This document shows, piece after piece, positions 1 through 8,786 of a stretch of DNA of 41,588 bases. Made by a program: the position numbers and the translations under genes. Position 1 is the stretch's first letter; each line of letters begins with the position of its first letter. This DNA is from a bacterium (GTDB lineage: Bacteria; Sysuimicrobiota; Sysuimicrobiia; Sysuimicrobiales; Humicultoraceae): the NCBI GenBank assembly GCA_041497675.1, contig JBGQGY010000015.1, positions 1 through 41,588 of the forward strand. The letters run 5' to 3'. The notes under the pieces are model-generated. The model saw only the letters and a list, made by a program, of their open reading frames with translations. It was not told the DNA's origin and made no database searches.

Positions 1-851
1 AGCCGGTCTTCCTCGACATATCCCCACTTCTGCTCGAAGGGCATGTGAAAACAGTCGATGACTTCGACCTGTTCGCGCATCCCGGGGCTGAACGAGGCCC
101 GCTCGAGTTCCTCGGTGACGACCGTGCAGTGGGGGCCGTAGACTTCGACCCGCTCGTAGGGAAACATCCACGACGTGTGCGCCACGCTGGTCACCGAGGC
201 GACCACACCGCTCTTGAACGTGAAGAGCATCACAAACCCGTCGGGCTCGCGGTATACGCTCTGCCGTGCATGGCCCGCGACGGTCGCCACGTCGCCGAAG
301 AGAAACCGCCCCATGTCGAACAGGTGGATCGGTGTTTCGTACAGATAGCCGCCCGTGACCGATGGATCGCCGGTCCACGGCGGTTGCACGAGTTCGCCCC
401 GGTTGTGTTTCATCTGCGCCAGCCGCGGCTCCAGCCGGCCGTCGTCGATACGCTCCTTGGCGAACCGGTACACGTTGGCAAAACGCCTGTTAAAACCGAT
501 CTGGTAGATGCCGTTCGCCCGCCGTGCCGCCGCACGAATCGTCGCCGCGCCCTCAAGCGATGTGGCCATGGGCTTCTCGGAGAAGACGTGCACGCCCGCC
601 TCGAGCGCGGTGATAACAGGCTGCACGTGCTGTGCGTTGGGCGTACAGATGAAGACGGCCTTCGCCCCCGCGTCGATCAGCGCGCTCAGCCCGTCCACGG
701 GCTTGGCCCCAACTTCACCCGCGAGGCGCGCGGCGGCCGCGGGCACCGTATCCGCGATCCCGGCGATCTCGACCCGCGGATCCCGTTTCAGGTCCAGCGC
801 GTGAATGCGTCCGATGAATCCCGCGCCCAAGACACCAACTTTGACCGTCAC
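1..851 (-). CDS. Gfo/Idh/MocA family NAD(P)-dependent oxidoreductase (inositol 2-dehydrogenase-like), 3' end truncated by the window edge
   Basis: Absent from the ORF track and translated by hand from GTG at 851: MTVKVGVLGAGFIGRIH (Rossmann GxGxxG) ... ICTPNAQH ... VFSEKPMA ... IGFNRRF ... GGYLYETPIH. GGAGG RBS lies upstream; the start is 1 nt past the stop of the upstream isomerase. Confidence 0.9.
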   Translation of the reverse strand, partial: MTVKVGVLGAGFIGRIHALDLKRDPRVEIAGIADTVPAAAARLAGEVGAKPVDGLSALIDAGAKAVFICTPNAQHVQPVITALEAGVHVFSEKPMATSLEGAATIRAAARRANGIYQIGFNRRFANVYRFAKERIDDGRLEPRLAQMKHNRGELVQPPWTGDPSVTGGYLYETPIHLFDMGRFLFGDVATVAGHARQSVYREPDGFVMLFTFKSGVVASVTSVAHTSWMFPYERVEVYGPHCTVVTEELERASFSPGMREQVEVIDCFHMPFEQKWGYVEEDR

Positions 852-852
852 G

Positions 853-1692
853 TCATGCCTCCGTGTGCGCGAACAACCGCCGCATGCTGTCCAGACCGCG
901 GGTCGCGACGACCGCGGGATCCTGGGCCCAGTACTCGGGTCGGAAGAGTTCGAGCGAGTAGGCGCCGCGGTACCCGATAGCCTGCAGACGCGTCACGAGT
1001 GGCGTGAGCGGGATCACGCCATCGCCGGGCATCAGACGCTGCGCGTCGGTCAGCGACGAGGGCTCGCCGGGTTCCGCGTCGTCTAGGTGCACCACAAAGA
1101 CCTGCGCGCCATCCAGCCCATCCAGATCTTCTATGCGGGACCCGCCCGCGTAGAAGTGAAACGCGTCGATCACCAGCCCCACCCGTGGATCGCCCGTCTC
1201 CTCGACGATCCCGCGGGCGGCGCGCAGCGTGTTGACCGCGCACCTGGGGAATCCGAGAAACTCAAACCCGACCTCGACCCCGTAGGGCCCCGCCACCGAT
1301 GCCAGGGCGCGGAGCGCGACCGTTGCCCGCATCCGCACGTGGCTGTCGGGGGTGCCTTCGGGAGGCAGGAAGCTCGGGACCGCGACGACATACGGCGCAC
1401 GCAGAGCCCGCGCCCACTCGCACAGGGTGCGCATGCGCGCCAACCGCGGTTCGAGATCGCGGGGCACGAGCGGCGTGGCGCCTTCCAGCGCATTGACACT
1501 CAGCGGCAGCACGTTCGCCGCGCGCAGGCGGCTACGAAGCGTCGCCATCGACCCGCCGGCCGCCAGGTAGTGCTCGATCTTGGTATCGCGCAACTCGAGG
1601 AACTGATACCCGGCCCCGGCGGCGACCCGGATGTCGGTCTCGAGGTCGGCCCCCTCACCCGTCGTAGCCCCGTTCAATCCAAAGCCCGGCAT
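853..1692 (-). CDS. Sugar phosphate isomerase/epimerase (AP endonuclease-2 TIM barrel; IolI inosose-isomerase-like)
   Basis: Probable start MPGFGLNGATT at 1692. Metal-binding motifs FEFLGF, IDAFHF, VHLDD, QRLMPGDG and SLELF. Coupled to a Gfo/Idh/MocA gene. Confidence 0.85.
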   Translation of the reverse strand: MPGFGLNGATTGEGADLETDIRVAAGAGYQFLELRDTKIEHYLAAGGSMATLRSRLRAANVLPLSVNALEGATPLVPRDLEPRLARMRTLCEWARALRAPYVVAVPSFLPPEGTPDSHVRMRATVALRALASVAGPYGVEVGFEFLGFPRCAVNTLRAARGIVEETGDPRVGLVIDAFHFYAGGSRIEDLDGLDGAQVFVVHLDDAEPGEPSSLTDAQRLMPGDGVIPLTPLVTRLQAIGYRGAYSLELFRPEYWAQDPAVVATRGLDSMRRLFAHTEA

Positions 1693-1701
1693 GAAGTCTG
1701 C

Positions 1702-1729
1702 CTTCTCCCGCGCCACACCCACCCCCTCC
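1702..1729 (-). promoter_or_regulatory. Putative sigmaH-like promoter GGAGGG-N18-GAAG, 9 nt before the isomerase ATG
   Basis: Fits the recurrent AGG-N18-GAA motif seen before many genes in this window. Confidence 0.4.
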
Positions 1730-1783
1730 TCAATCTCACGGCGTTCCCATAGAATCAAGAGGACACACGTTGGGAGGGCCATC

Positions 1784-2962
1784 GTGAAAGAGCTGGCCGC
1801 GAAACCGACCGACTACTACCAACTGGAAGAGTTGCTGACCGAAGACGAGCGCCTGGTCCGCGATACGGTCCGCCGCTTCGTGGACCGCGAAGTCCTGCCG
1901 CACATCGGCGGGTGGTGGCTGCGCGGCGAGTTTCCGAAGGCGTTGATCCCCGCGTTGGGCAACCTCGGGGTGCTCGGCGCCAACCTGCCAACGGAGTACG
2001 GCGCCGCCGGCGTGAACAGCATCGCCTACGGGTTGATCATGCAGGAACTCGATCGCGGCGATTCGGGGCTGCGGTCGTTTGCGTCGGTCCAGGGCGCGCT
2101 GGTCATGTACCCCATCTATTCGTACGGCAGCGAGGAGCAAAAACGGCGCTGGCTGCCGCGGCTCGCCCGTGGCGAGGCGGTTGGATGTTTTGGCCTGACG
2201 GAGCCGAGCGCCGGGTCCGATCCTGGCGCGATGCAGACCCGGGCGCGGCGGCGCGGCGACGGGTGGGAACTGTCGGGGACGAAGATGTGGATCACCAACG
2301 GTTCGATGGCCGACGTGGCGGTGATCTGGGCCAAGGACGACAAGGACGAGATCTGGGGCTTTCTGGTCGAGCGCGGCACGCCCGGGTTTTCGGCCAACAT
2401 TCTGCACACCAAGGCCAGCATGCGGGCCTCGGACACCACCGAGCTCGTGCTCGACGGCGTGAAGATCGACGGCGAGGCGCGGCTGCCGGGTGCGCAGGGG
2501 CTGCGCGCGGCGCTTGCGTGTCTCACGCAGGCCCGCTACGGCATCGCCTGGGGCGCGGTCGGCGCGGCCACGGCGTGTTTCGAAGAAGCGCTCGCCTACG
2601 CCCGCGAACGCATCTCGTTCGGCCGGCCGATCGCCGCCCGGCAGTTGATCCAGGAGCGTCTCGTCGACATGCTCAGCGAAATCACCAAGGCGCAACTGCT
2701 CGCCTACCGGCTCGGCCAGCTGAAAGACCAGGGAAAGATGCGGTACACGCACGTCTCGTTGGCCAAACGCAACAACGTGCGGGCGGCCCTGCAGATCGCG
2801 CGGTCCGCGCGGACGATCCTTGGCGGCGCGGGCATCACGCTGGAGCATCACGCCATGCGCCACGCCGCTAATCTCGAAACCGTGGACACCTATGAAGGCA
2901 CGTACGACATCCACACGCTGATTCTTGGACGAGACCTCACGGGTTTCGACGCGTTCAGTTAG
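1784..2962 (+). CDS. Acyl-CoA dehydrogenase, glutaryl-CoA dehydrogenase-like
   Basis: GTG start after GGGAGG. Motifs DSGLRSFASVQGALVMYPI, CFGLTEPSAGSDP, KMWITNG and TYEGT are typical of the GCDH clade. Confidence 0.9.
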   Translation: MKELAAKPTDYYQLEELLTEDERLVRDTVRRFVDREVLPHIGGWWLRGEFPKALIPALGNLGVLGANLPTEYGAAGVNSIAYGLIMQELDRGDSGLRSFASVQGALVMYPIYSYGSEEQKRRWLPRLARGEAVGCFGLTEPSAGSDPGAMQTRARRRGDGWELSGTKMWITNGSMADVAVIWAKDDKDEIWGFLVERGTPGFSANILHTKASMRASDTTELVLDGVKIDGEARLPGAQGLRAALACLTQARYGIAWGAVGAATACFEEALAYARERISFGRPIAARQLIQERLVDMLSEITKAQLLAYRLGQLKDQGKMRYTHVSLAKRNNVRAALQIARSARTILGGAGITLEHHAMRHAANLETVDTYEGTYDIHTLILGRDLTGFDAFS

Positions 2963-3588
2963 TCGGCGAGGAGCCGGTGTCGGCCGCTCGGCGCCCTGCT
3001 CGGCAGCGACAGTCCCGCATCCGGAATACAGTCGCGCGCGCTGAAGGCACCGACGCCGGTGATCGCGTTCACCTGCATGCGACCGGTCGCCGTCCCCAGC
3101 GCGCCAAAGGATGTCGTGAAGATCACCCGGGGACCATCGAGAGCGACCGTCGCGGTCCCCTGAAGGACGAGCGACGCGTCGAGGACGCTGTATGTACCAT
3201 CGATGTTGCGCACCGTGAGATCGATGAATCGATCGAGCCCCTGCCCGCCGCCGCAGGGAGCGATGAACCCTGTCCCCGTGGCGGCGTTCAAATCGGTATT
3301 GAAGCCGATGCCGCCGCTCAACTGGGACAGTGACGGCAAGAATCCCGGAGGCGGTAATGTCGGGTCGGGAACCGTCCAGAGCCGCACTTGAATGCTGGAC
3401 GTGCCGCGATCGGTCCGCAGCTCAACGGCGTCGAACGTCGGCGCAAAACCGGCGTCGCCCGTCGGATCAGTCGTCGTGCTGACGCCGGGGGCCGGCGGCG
3501 GCTCGCTCGTACCCGGTGGCAGCATCTGCCCGCAGGCAGCGGCGAGGACGGCGAACATGATTGTCCAGATGATGCGTCTGATCTCCAT
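2959..3588 (-). CDS. Hypothetical lipoprotein
   Basis: MEIRRIIWTIMFAVLAAA-C lipobox, Pro-rich linker, then a beta-rich body with two further Cys. The stop overlaps the acyl-CoA dehydrogenase stop. Confidence 0.7.
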   Translation of the reverse strand: MEIRRIIWTIMFAVLAAACGQMLPPGTSEPPPAPGVSTTTDPTGDAGFAPTFDAVELRTDRGTSSIQVRLWTVPDPTLPPPGFLPSLSQLSGGIGFNTDLNAATGTGFIAPCGGGQGLDRFIDLTVRNIDGTYSVLDASLVLQGTATVALDGPRVIFTTSFGALGTATGRMQVNAITGVGAFSARDCIPDAGLSLPSRAPSGRHRLLAD

Positions 3589-3630
3589 CGCGATGTCACC
3601 CACCAGCCTTCGAATTCGGCGCTGGATGAA

Positions 3631-3657
3631 TTACGAAGGGATCAATAAGGAGGTTCC
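3631..3657 (-). promoter_or_regulatory. Putative ECF-sigma promoter GGAACC-N16-CGTAA for the lipoprotein gene
   Basis: Minus strand reads GGAACC tccttattgatccctt CGTAAT, the classic ECF AAC/CGT arrangement. Confidence 0.5.
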
Positions 3658-3699
3658 GTGGGCGCGACGGTTTGCGGCAGAGCGGGATATCCCCAGAAA

Positions 3700-3731
3700 C
3701 AGAGGAACGGCGGTAGCCCGCCGCTCCTCTG
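3700..3731 (-). terminator. Intrinsic terminator hairpin of the microprotein unit
   Basis: CAGAGGAGCGGCGG-GCTA-CCGCCGTTCCTCTG followed by TTTCT. The 14-bp stem has one G-U pair that exists only on the minus strand (A-C mismatch on plus). Confidence 0.7.
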
Positions 3732-3749
3732 GGGGCAAGCGCAGGGCGG

Positions 3750-3785
3750 TTACTTGCCCTTCTTTTTCTTTGCCTTTTTCGCCAA
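3750..3785 (-). CDS. Lysine-rich 11-aa microprotein MAKKAKKKKGK
   Basis: TTG GCG AAA AAG GCA AAG AAA AAG AAG GGC AAG TAA. RBS AAGGAGG (3794-3800) lies 8 nt upstream. The ORF has its own promoter-like and terminator sequences. Confidence 0.6.
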   Translation of the reverse strand: MAKKAKKKKGK

Positions 3786-3846
3786 CGTCCTCGCCTCCTT
3801 CTCCTGGAAGATGGACGGCAGTGCAGAACTTGCCGTCCGTTTGTGT

Positions 3847-3874
3847 GTTCGCCACTACATATAGATTTTCCTTC
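3847..3874 (-). promoter_or_regulatory. sigmaH-like promoter GAAGGA-N18-GAAC of the microprotein unit
   Basis: GAAGGAAAATCTATATGTAGTGGCGAAC is the closest match in the window to the Bacillus sigmaH consensus (AGGAWW...GAAT). Confidence 0.6.
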
Positions 3875-3952
3875 TTTCCTAAACACAATTCCTAGCGGGT
3901 ACCGAACATGCGGGCAGGCCAGCGGGCAAAAACGTCAAATAGCTCCCTCAAG

Positions 3953-5860
3953 ATGACGCGCCTCATCCTGCTGGCGTGTGCCATTCTGCTGGCGGCGTCC
4001 GTTGCCGTGGCTCCGGCCCAACCGGCGGTCGCCGACATCCGGGGACACTGGGCCGAGGCTCGGATCGCCGATCTGGTGCAGCGTGGCATCATCGGGCTTG
4101 GGGCCGGCCGGCAGTTCCATCCGCGCGACTCGGTCGCTCGCGGACAGTTCATCGCATGGCTCCTCGCGGCGCGGGGGCTTCCCGTCGTTCGCATGGACCG
4201 CGCTCCCTTCACCGACCTCCCGCTCTCGAGCGAGTTCGCGGCCCCGGTCGAATCCGCCGTCATCTACGGCATCCTCCAGCCGGGCGGCGCGTTTCGCCCC
4301 GGCGCGCCGATCACGCGCGTCGACGCGCTCGTCTACACCGTGCGCGCCCTGGGGCACACGTTCGAGTCAGCGTACATGGCCAATGCCCGCGTCCCGTTCA
4401 GCGACGTCGAAGGATTGCCGCCGCTGGTACGCGGTGCGATCGCCGTCGCCGCGCTGAGCAATCCACCGCTGCTGCGGGAGCCGGCCTCCGACCGCCTACG
4501 CGCATCCGATCCGCTGTCGCGGGCGTCGGCGGCCAGCCTGCTCTGGGCCTACCTGCAGGGTGTCGAACACGGCATCACCCTGCGATTTGCGATCTCGCTG
4601 GGCACGGGGGAGACGTTGATCCTCGAGAAGCGCGGCACGCTGCGCCCACTCCCCGTGTGGCGGGTCCAGGTGGGCGTGTTCCAAGACGAAGACCGTGCCC
4701 GGCGCGCCGGCGACGGGATGCGCAGCCGCGGTCAACCGGTGTTCATCGAACAGGTCGATGATCTCTTCAAGGTCCGCCTCGGCAACTTTGCAACGCGCGA
4801 CGAAGCCGTCGCCTTCCAGCAGCAGCTGTCCGGCGAGGGCGTGTCCTCGATTCTCATCGTCACGCTGCGCGAGTACGAGTCGCTCAGCGGCCCGTTTTGG
4901 ATGGGCATGCTGCTCCTCGAACCGACGGCCGGGGTGCGGCTGCGTCCCGCGCTGGCGCGGGACAACGCCATCGGCCGCGAGCGGACCAGCGAGGCCGCCC
5001 GCCGCGCCGGGGCGGTGGCCGCGATCAACGGCGGGTTCTTCTCGAGCGCAGGCGACCCGCTGGGCTGCCTAATGATCGACGGCGAGCTCATCAGCGAACC
5101 GCTGCCAGGGCGCACCTGCGCAGGTCTGACCGATGACGGGAGCCTGCTCTTCGACACGCTCAAACTGGAGGCCACGGCATCGACCGAAAACGGGTCGCTG
5201 AGCATCGATGGGGTCAACCGGGACCGCAGCGCCAACGAGATCCTCCTCTACCGCCCGGTCTTCGGCCCGACCACACGGACGAACGTCTTTGGTCTGGAGG
5301 TCGTCGTCGCGGGGGACGTGGTGCAGCAGGTCACCGATGGACGAGGGAACAATGCGATTCCCCCGGGTGGCTACGTGCTCTCCGGACACGGGCGGGGACG
5401 CGAGGCGCTGCGGGCGGTGTTCAGACAGGGCGATCGCGTGACGCTTCGCGTGCGCCTGGTTCCTGAATCGGGCGACGCACGATGGGACACGGTGCGCCAC
5501 GTCATGGGCGGCGGACCACGACTGCTCACGAACGGGATCTACGTTGGTGGGGAAGGATTCCAGCCGCTGTTCGTAGACCGGCGCCACCCTCGAACCGCCA
5601 TCGGGAGGCTGGCGGACGGACGGATCATCCTGGTCGTGGTCGGTGGACGCCAGCCCTATCACAGCCTCGGGATGACCTTGCCCGAACTGGCGTTTACGCT
5701 GCGGCGGCTCGGTGTGACCGATGCGATGAACCTGGACGGCGGCGGGTCGTCCACGCTCGTCGTGCGCGGGGTGGTAATCAATCTGCCTTCGGATGAACTC
5801 GGCGAGCGGACGGTCAGCGATGTGGTCCTCGTGATCCCGCCGTCGAACGGAAACCCCTAA
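3953..5860 (+). CDS. Secreted S-layer-homology (SLH) + SPOR + phosphodiester glycosidase (NAGPA/DUF2233) protein
   Basis: Signal peptide MTRLILLACAILLAASVAVAPA. SLH repeats (DIRGHWA...FHPRDSVARGQF; FRPGAPITR). SPOR-like WRVQVGVFQDEDRA...FKVRLGNF. NAGPA motifs AINGGFF, GGGPRLL, RHPRTAIG and NLDGGGS. Confidence 0.85.
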   Translation: MTRLILLACAILLAASVAVAPAQPAVADIRGHWAEARIADLVQRGIIGLGAGRQFHPRDSVARGQFIAWLLAARGLPVVRMDRAPFTDLPLSSEFAAPVESAVIYGILQPGGAFRPGAPITRVDALVYTVRALGHTFESAYMANARVPFSDVEGLPPLVRGAIAVAALSNPPLLREPASDRLRASDPLSRASAASLLWAYLQGVEHGITLRFAISLGTGETLILEKRGTLRPLPVWRVQVGVFQDEDRARRAGDGMRSRGQPVFIEQVDDLFKVRLGNFATRDEAVAFQQQLSGEGVSSILIVTLREYESLSGPFWMGMLLLEPTAGVRLRPALARDNAIGRERTSEAARRAGAVAAINGGFFSSAGDPLGCLMIDGELISEPLPGRTCAGLTDDGSLLFDTLKLEATASTENGSLSIDGVNRDRSANEILLYRPVFGPTTRTNVFGLEVVVAGDVVQQVTDGRGNNAIPPGGYVLSGHGRGREALRAVFRQGDRVTLRVRLVPESGDARWDTVRHVMGGGPRLLTNGIYVGGEGFQPLFVDRRHPRTAIGRLADGRIILVVVGGRQPYHSLGMTLPELAFTLRRLGVTDAMNLDGGGSSTLVVRGVVINLPSDELGERTVSDVVLVIPPSNGNP

Positions 5861-5872
5861 AGACGCCGCGGC

Positions 5873-6472
5873 CTAGGCGCCTCGATCGAACGAGGCGAGA
5901 TCCTCCACCGTATCGATATCCGCCGAAATGCCCTCGGGAAGCGAGAGCGCCACGCCTTCCTTTGGATAGGTCTCGATCACGCTTCGAGCACCGCGGTCAC
6001 CCTCCAGCGTCAGCAGATCGAGAAACAGCGCCCGGTGAAAATACACCGGCGGACCCACGGTGTTGTGATAGGCCGACGCGACGATCCGCTTCCGATCGGC
6101 CGCCGCCACCTCGAGCAGGTGATCGATCACCTCAGGCGTGACGAAGGGCTGGTCGGCGAGCAGGATGACCACGCCGTCGGCGTCCGGTGGCACCGCCTCG
6201 ACACCGACCCGGATGCTCGAGCCCATGCCTTCTGCGGGGTCGGGGTTGTGGAGGATGCGGATGGGCAGCCCGTCGAGCAGCGGCTCGTACACGTCCGCGT
6301 TGGCGCCCAGCACCACGATGACGTCCCGGCACCGGGATGCCAACGCGGTCTGCACGGCACGCCGGACCATGGGGGTCCCGCGGATGGGCAGGGCCAGTTT
6401 CGGGCGTCCCATGCGCGTGCTGCCGCCGGCGGCAAGGACCACGGCGGCGACCTTCGGCTGGTCGCCCGTCAT
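5873..6472 (-). CDS. mocA: Molybdenum cofactor cytidylyltransferase (MocA family nucleotidyltransferase)
   Basis: VLAAGGSTRMGRPKL, GMGSSI, LADQP, GDRGAR and DIDT motifs. Last gene of the cox cluster. Confidence 0.85.
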   Translation of the reverse strand: MTGDQPKVAAVVLAAGGSTRMGRPKLALPIRGTPMVRRAVQTALASRCRDVIVVLGANADVYEPLLDGLPIRILHNPDPAEGMGSSIRVGVEAVPPDADGVVILLADQPFVTPEVIDHLLEVAAADRKRIVASAYHNTVGPPVYFHRALFLDLLTLEGDRGARSVIETYPKEGVALSLPEGISADIDTVEDLASFDRGA

Positions 6473-7593
6473 CCACCCTGCGCCTGGGTGTGGATTGGTC
6501 CGCCGCGAGCGCGCAGAAAGCCGCCCGCCCGGCCACGCGCCGTGGCCAGGATCTCGCCCAGGGCGGCCAGCGCGATCTCATCGGGGTCTTCACTGCCGAT
6601 ATCCAGACCCACCGGGCCAAAGATCTGCGCGCGGCGCTCGGGGGAGATCGCCACGCCTTCGCCGTCGAGCTCGCGCAAGATCTTCTCGGTGCGCGCGCGG
6701 GGGCCCAGCATCCCCAGATAGGCCGCCGGGGTCGGGAGGAACGCGCGCAGCAGGTCGCGGTCGTGGATGTAATTGTGGGTCATGATCAGCACGAACGTGT
6801 GCGGGTCGGTGGGTGCGGTCCGGCCGGCCTCGGGAAAGTCGGTTTTGACAAACCCCGCCGCACCCGGGAATCGCTCGTGATTCAGAAACGCCTCACGCCG
6901 GTCGACCACGAGCACACGCCAGCCCAACTGCGAGGCGAACCGTACCACGGGGATCGCATCGTGCCCCGCCCCGCACACCACCAGCCGCATCGGCGGGTGC
7001 ACGACTTCCGCGAACACGCGCACCTGGCCGCCCGGCGCCTTCACATCGTGGATCGCCGACCGGCGCTCACGCAGCGCCGCCTCGGCCAGACGCAGCAACT
7101 CGGCATCGACCGCCGCATCGCCGAGGCTGCCCTGGCGGCGACCGTCCGGCCAGATCACGGCCCGCCGCCCGGCAGGCACGCGGTCCGTCCCCTCGATCAC
7201 GGTGGCGATCACGACCGATTCGTCGCTGTCCAGCGCCACCCGCACCGCGCGCCAGATCAGGTCATCGGCGGAGGTGGGCTCGACGAAGACCTCGATCGCG
7301 CCGTTGCACCCGAGCCCCAGTCCCCAGACGGCATCGTCATCGGCGGTCAGGTCGTACATCATCAGCCGCGGGGCGCGCCGCTCCATGACCTCGCCCGCCA
7401 CGACGGCGACGTCGCCTTCCAGACACCCGCCGCTGATGTTCCCGGTCATTTGATCGGCCCTCGTGATCAGCAGCCGGGCGCCCGCGCGCCGGTACGTCGA
7501 CCCACGCACCCCGACAATGGTCGCCAACGCGGCGGCTTCGCCGCGCGCACCGGCGTCATCGACCGCCTTGAGGATGTCGCGGAGTTCCTTCAT
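6469..7593 (-). CDS. XdhC/CoxI family molybdoenzyme maturation factor
   Basis: LATIVGVRGSTYRRAGA, GNISGGCLE, GLGCNG, GAGHDA, MTHNY, GMLGPRAR and PVGLDIG motifs. Confidence 0.9.
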   Translation of the reverse strand: MKELRDILKAVDDAGARGEAAALATIVGVRGSTYRRAGARLLITRADQMTGNISGGCLEGDVAVVAGEVMERRAPRLMMYDLTADDDAVWGLGLGCNGAIEVFVEPTSADDLIWRAVRVALDSDESVVIATVIEGTDRVPAGRRAVIWPDGRRQGSLGDAAVDAELLRLAEAALRERRSAIHDVKAPGGQVRVFAEVVHPPMRLVVCGAGHDAIPVVRFASQLGWRVLVVDRREAFLNHERFPGAAGFVKTDFPEAGRTAPTDPHTFVLIMTHNYIHDRDLLRAFLPTPAAYLGMLGPRARTEKILRELDGEGVAISPERRAQIFGPVGLDIGSEDPDEIALAALGEILATARGRAGGFLRARGGPIHTQAQGG

Positions 7594-8786
7594 CGTGCGC
7601 GGCTCAGATACCGTTCGAGCCGCCGCAGGCTCTCGAGGTTGTGAGCCGGCGCAAAGACGTCGACGTAGGGCAGCGCGACCCGCATCCCCTGACAGATCGG
7701 TTCATAGCCCGGGCTGGCCAGCAACGGGTTCAACCAGATGACTTTGGCCGCGCGCCGATGCAGTTCGGCCATCGCCGTCTCGAGCAGGTCGACGTCGCCC
7801 GTGTCCCACCCGTCGCTGATGACGATGACCACGGTGCGGCCGTCGAGCACCTGCGTGCCGAACTCATCCAGAAACCGGCGCAGGCTGCGGCCGATCTTCG
7901 TCCCACCCGACCAGTCGGGGACGCGCTTGGCGACTTCGTCCAATGCGGCGCGGAGGTCATCGTGCGCCAGCGACCCGGTGATGCGCGACAACCCGGTGCT
8001 GAAGACGAACGTTTCGACGCGCGCCACCGCGTGCTGCAGCGCGTAAACAAACTGGATGAGAAAGCGGCTGTACAGGTCCATCGACCCGCTGACGTCGCAC
8101 AGGAGCACCACGCGGGTCTTTTGCAGCCTGCGCTCACGTTTGAGAATCTCGAGGATTTCGCCGCCACGGCGAAGGCTGTGGCGCATGGTGCGGCGCAGAT
8201 CGACGTAGTGACCGCGACGCGCCTGCCGCGTCCGCCGCGACAACCGTGTCGCGACCCGCCGCGCAATGGCTTGGACCAGCCGGGTGATCTCGTTCAGCTC
8301 GTCCGCGGTGAACGCGCTGAAGTCCTTGCGCGTCAGCGCCTCGGCCGGGCTGTAGGCCGGGACGCGCTCACCCTCGTCGGCGGATTCGCCCTCGTCCTGC
8401 CATTCGAGCAGGACTTTCTCCAGCGCCTGCTGGCCGTCGAGCGGTTCCTGACCGGGGCCCTGCGGCGGGCCGGCCTGCTGCCGCTCCTCTTCCTCCGGCC
8501 GCGCGCCCCAATACTCCCAGAACGCGGCGTCGAAGACACGCTGTGCGTCTTGACCCGACGCCAGCACCGCGCGCAGCGCGACGTACATGTCACGGCGGTC
8601 GGTCAGGTCGACGGCCTCAAGCGCACGCAGTCCGTCCGTCGCTTCTTGTGGGCCCAGCGAGAGACCCCGCCGGCGCAACAAACGGCAGAACCCGACGACG
8701 TTGGCGACGAGGTTCCCGTGACTGGGGCGGTCTACCGACGGGCCTGCAGCCGATCGGCGGCCCGCGCGATAGCGTCCTGGTTCCAT
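7590..8786 (-). CDS. coxE: VWA domain protein CoxE
   Basis: MIDAS motif CDVSGSM, plus FVFST, WSGGTKIG, ISDGWD and WLNPL. Follows the MoxR AAA+ gene. The exact start is uncertain (55-nt overlap with coxD). Confidence 0.88.
   Translation of the reverse strand: MEPGRYRAGRRSAAGPSVDRPSHGNLVANVVGFCRLLRRRGLSLGPQEATDGLRALEAVDLTDRRDMYVALRAVLASGQDAQRVFDAAFWEYWGARPEEEERQQAGPPQGPGQEPLDGQQALEKVLLEWQDEGESADEGERVPAYSPAEALTRKDFSAFTADELNEITRLVQAIARRVATRLSRRTRQARRGHYVDLRRTMRHSLRRGGEILEILKRERRLQKTRVVLLCDVSGSMDLYSRFLIQFVYALQHAVARVETFVFSTGLSRITGSLAHDDLRAALDEVAKRVPDWSGGTKIGRSLRRFLDEFGTQVLDGRTVVIVISDGWDTGDVDLLETAMAELHRRAAKVIWLNPLLASPGYEPICQGMRVALPYVDVFAPAHNLESLRRLERYLSRAR

Noticed and set aside
3596..3895. Track ORFs 3631..3888-, 3596..3886-, 3658..3864+ and 3392..3895+
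   Set aside because: They lack RBSs and run through promoter and terminator elements. The region is better explained by the 11-aa ORF unit.
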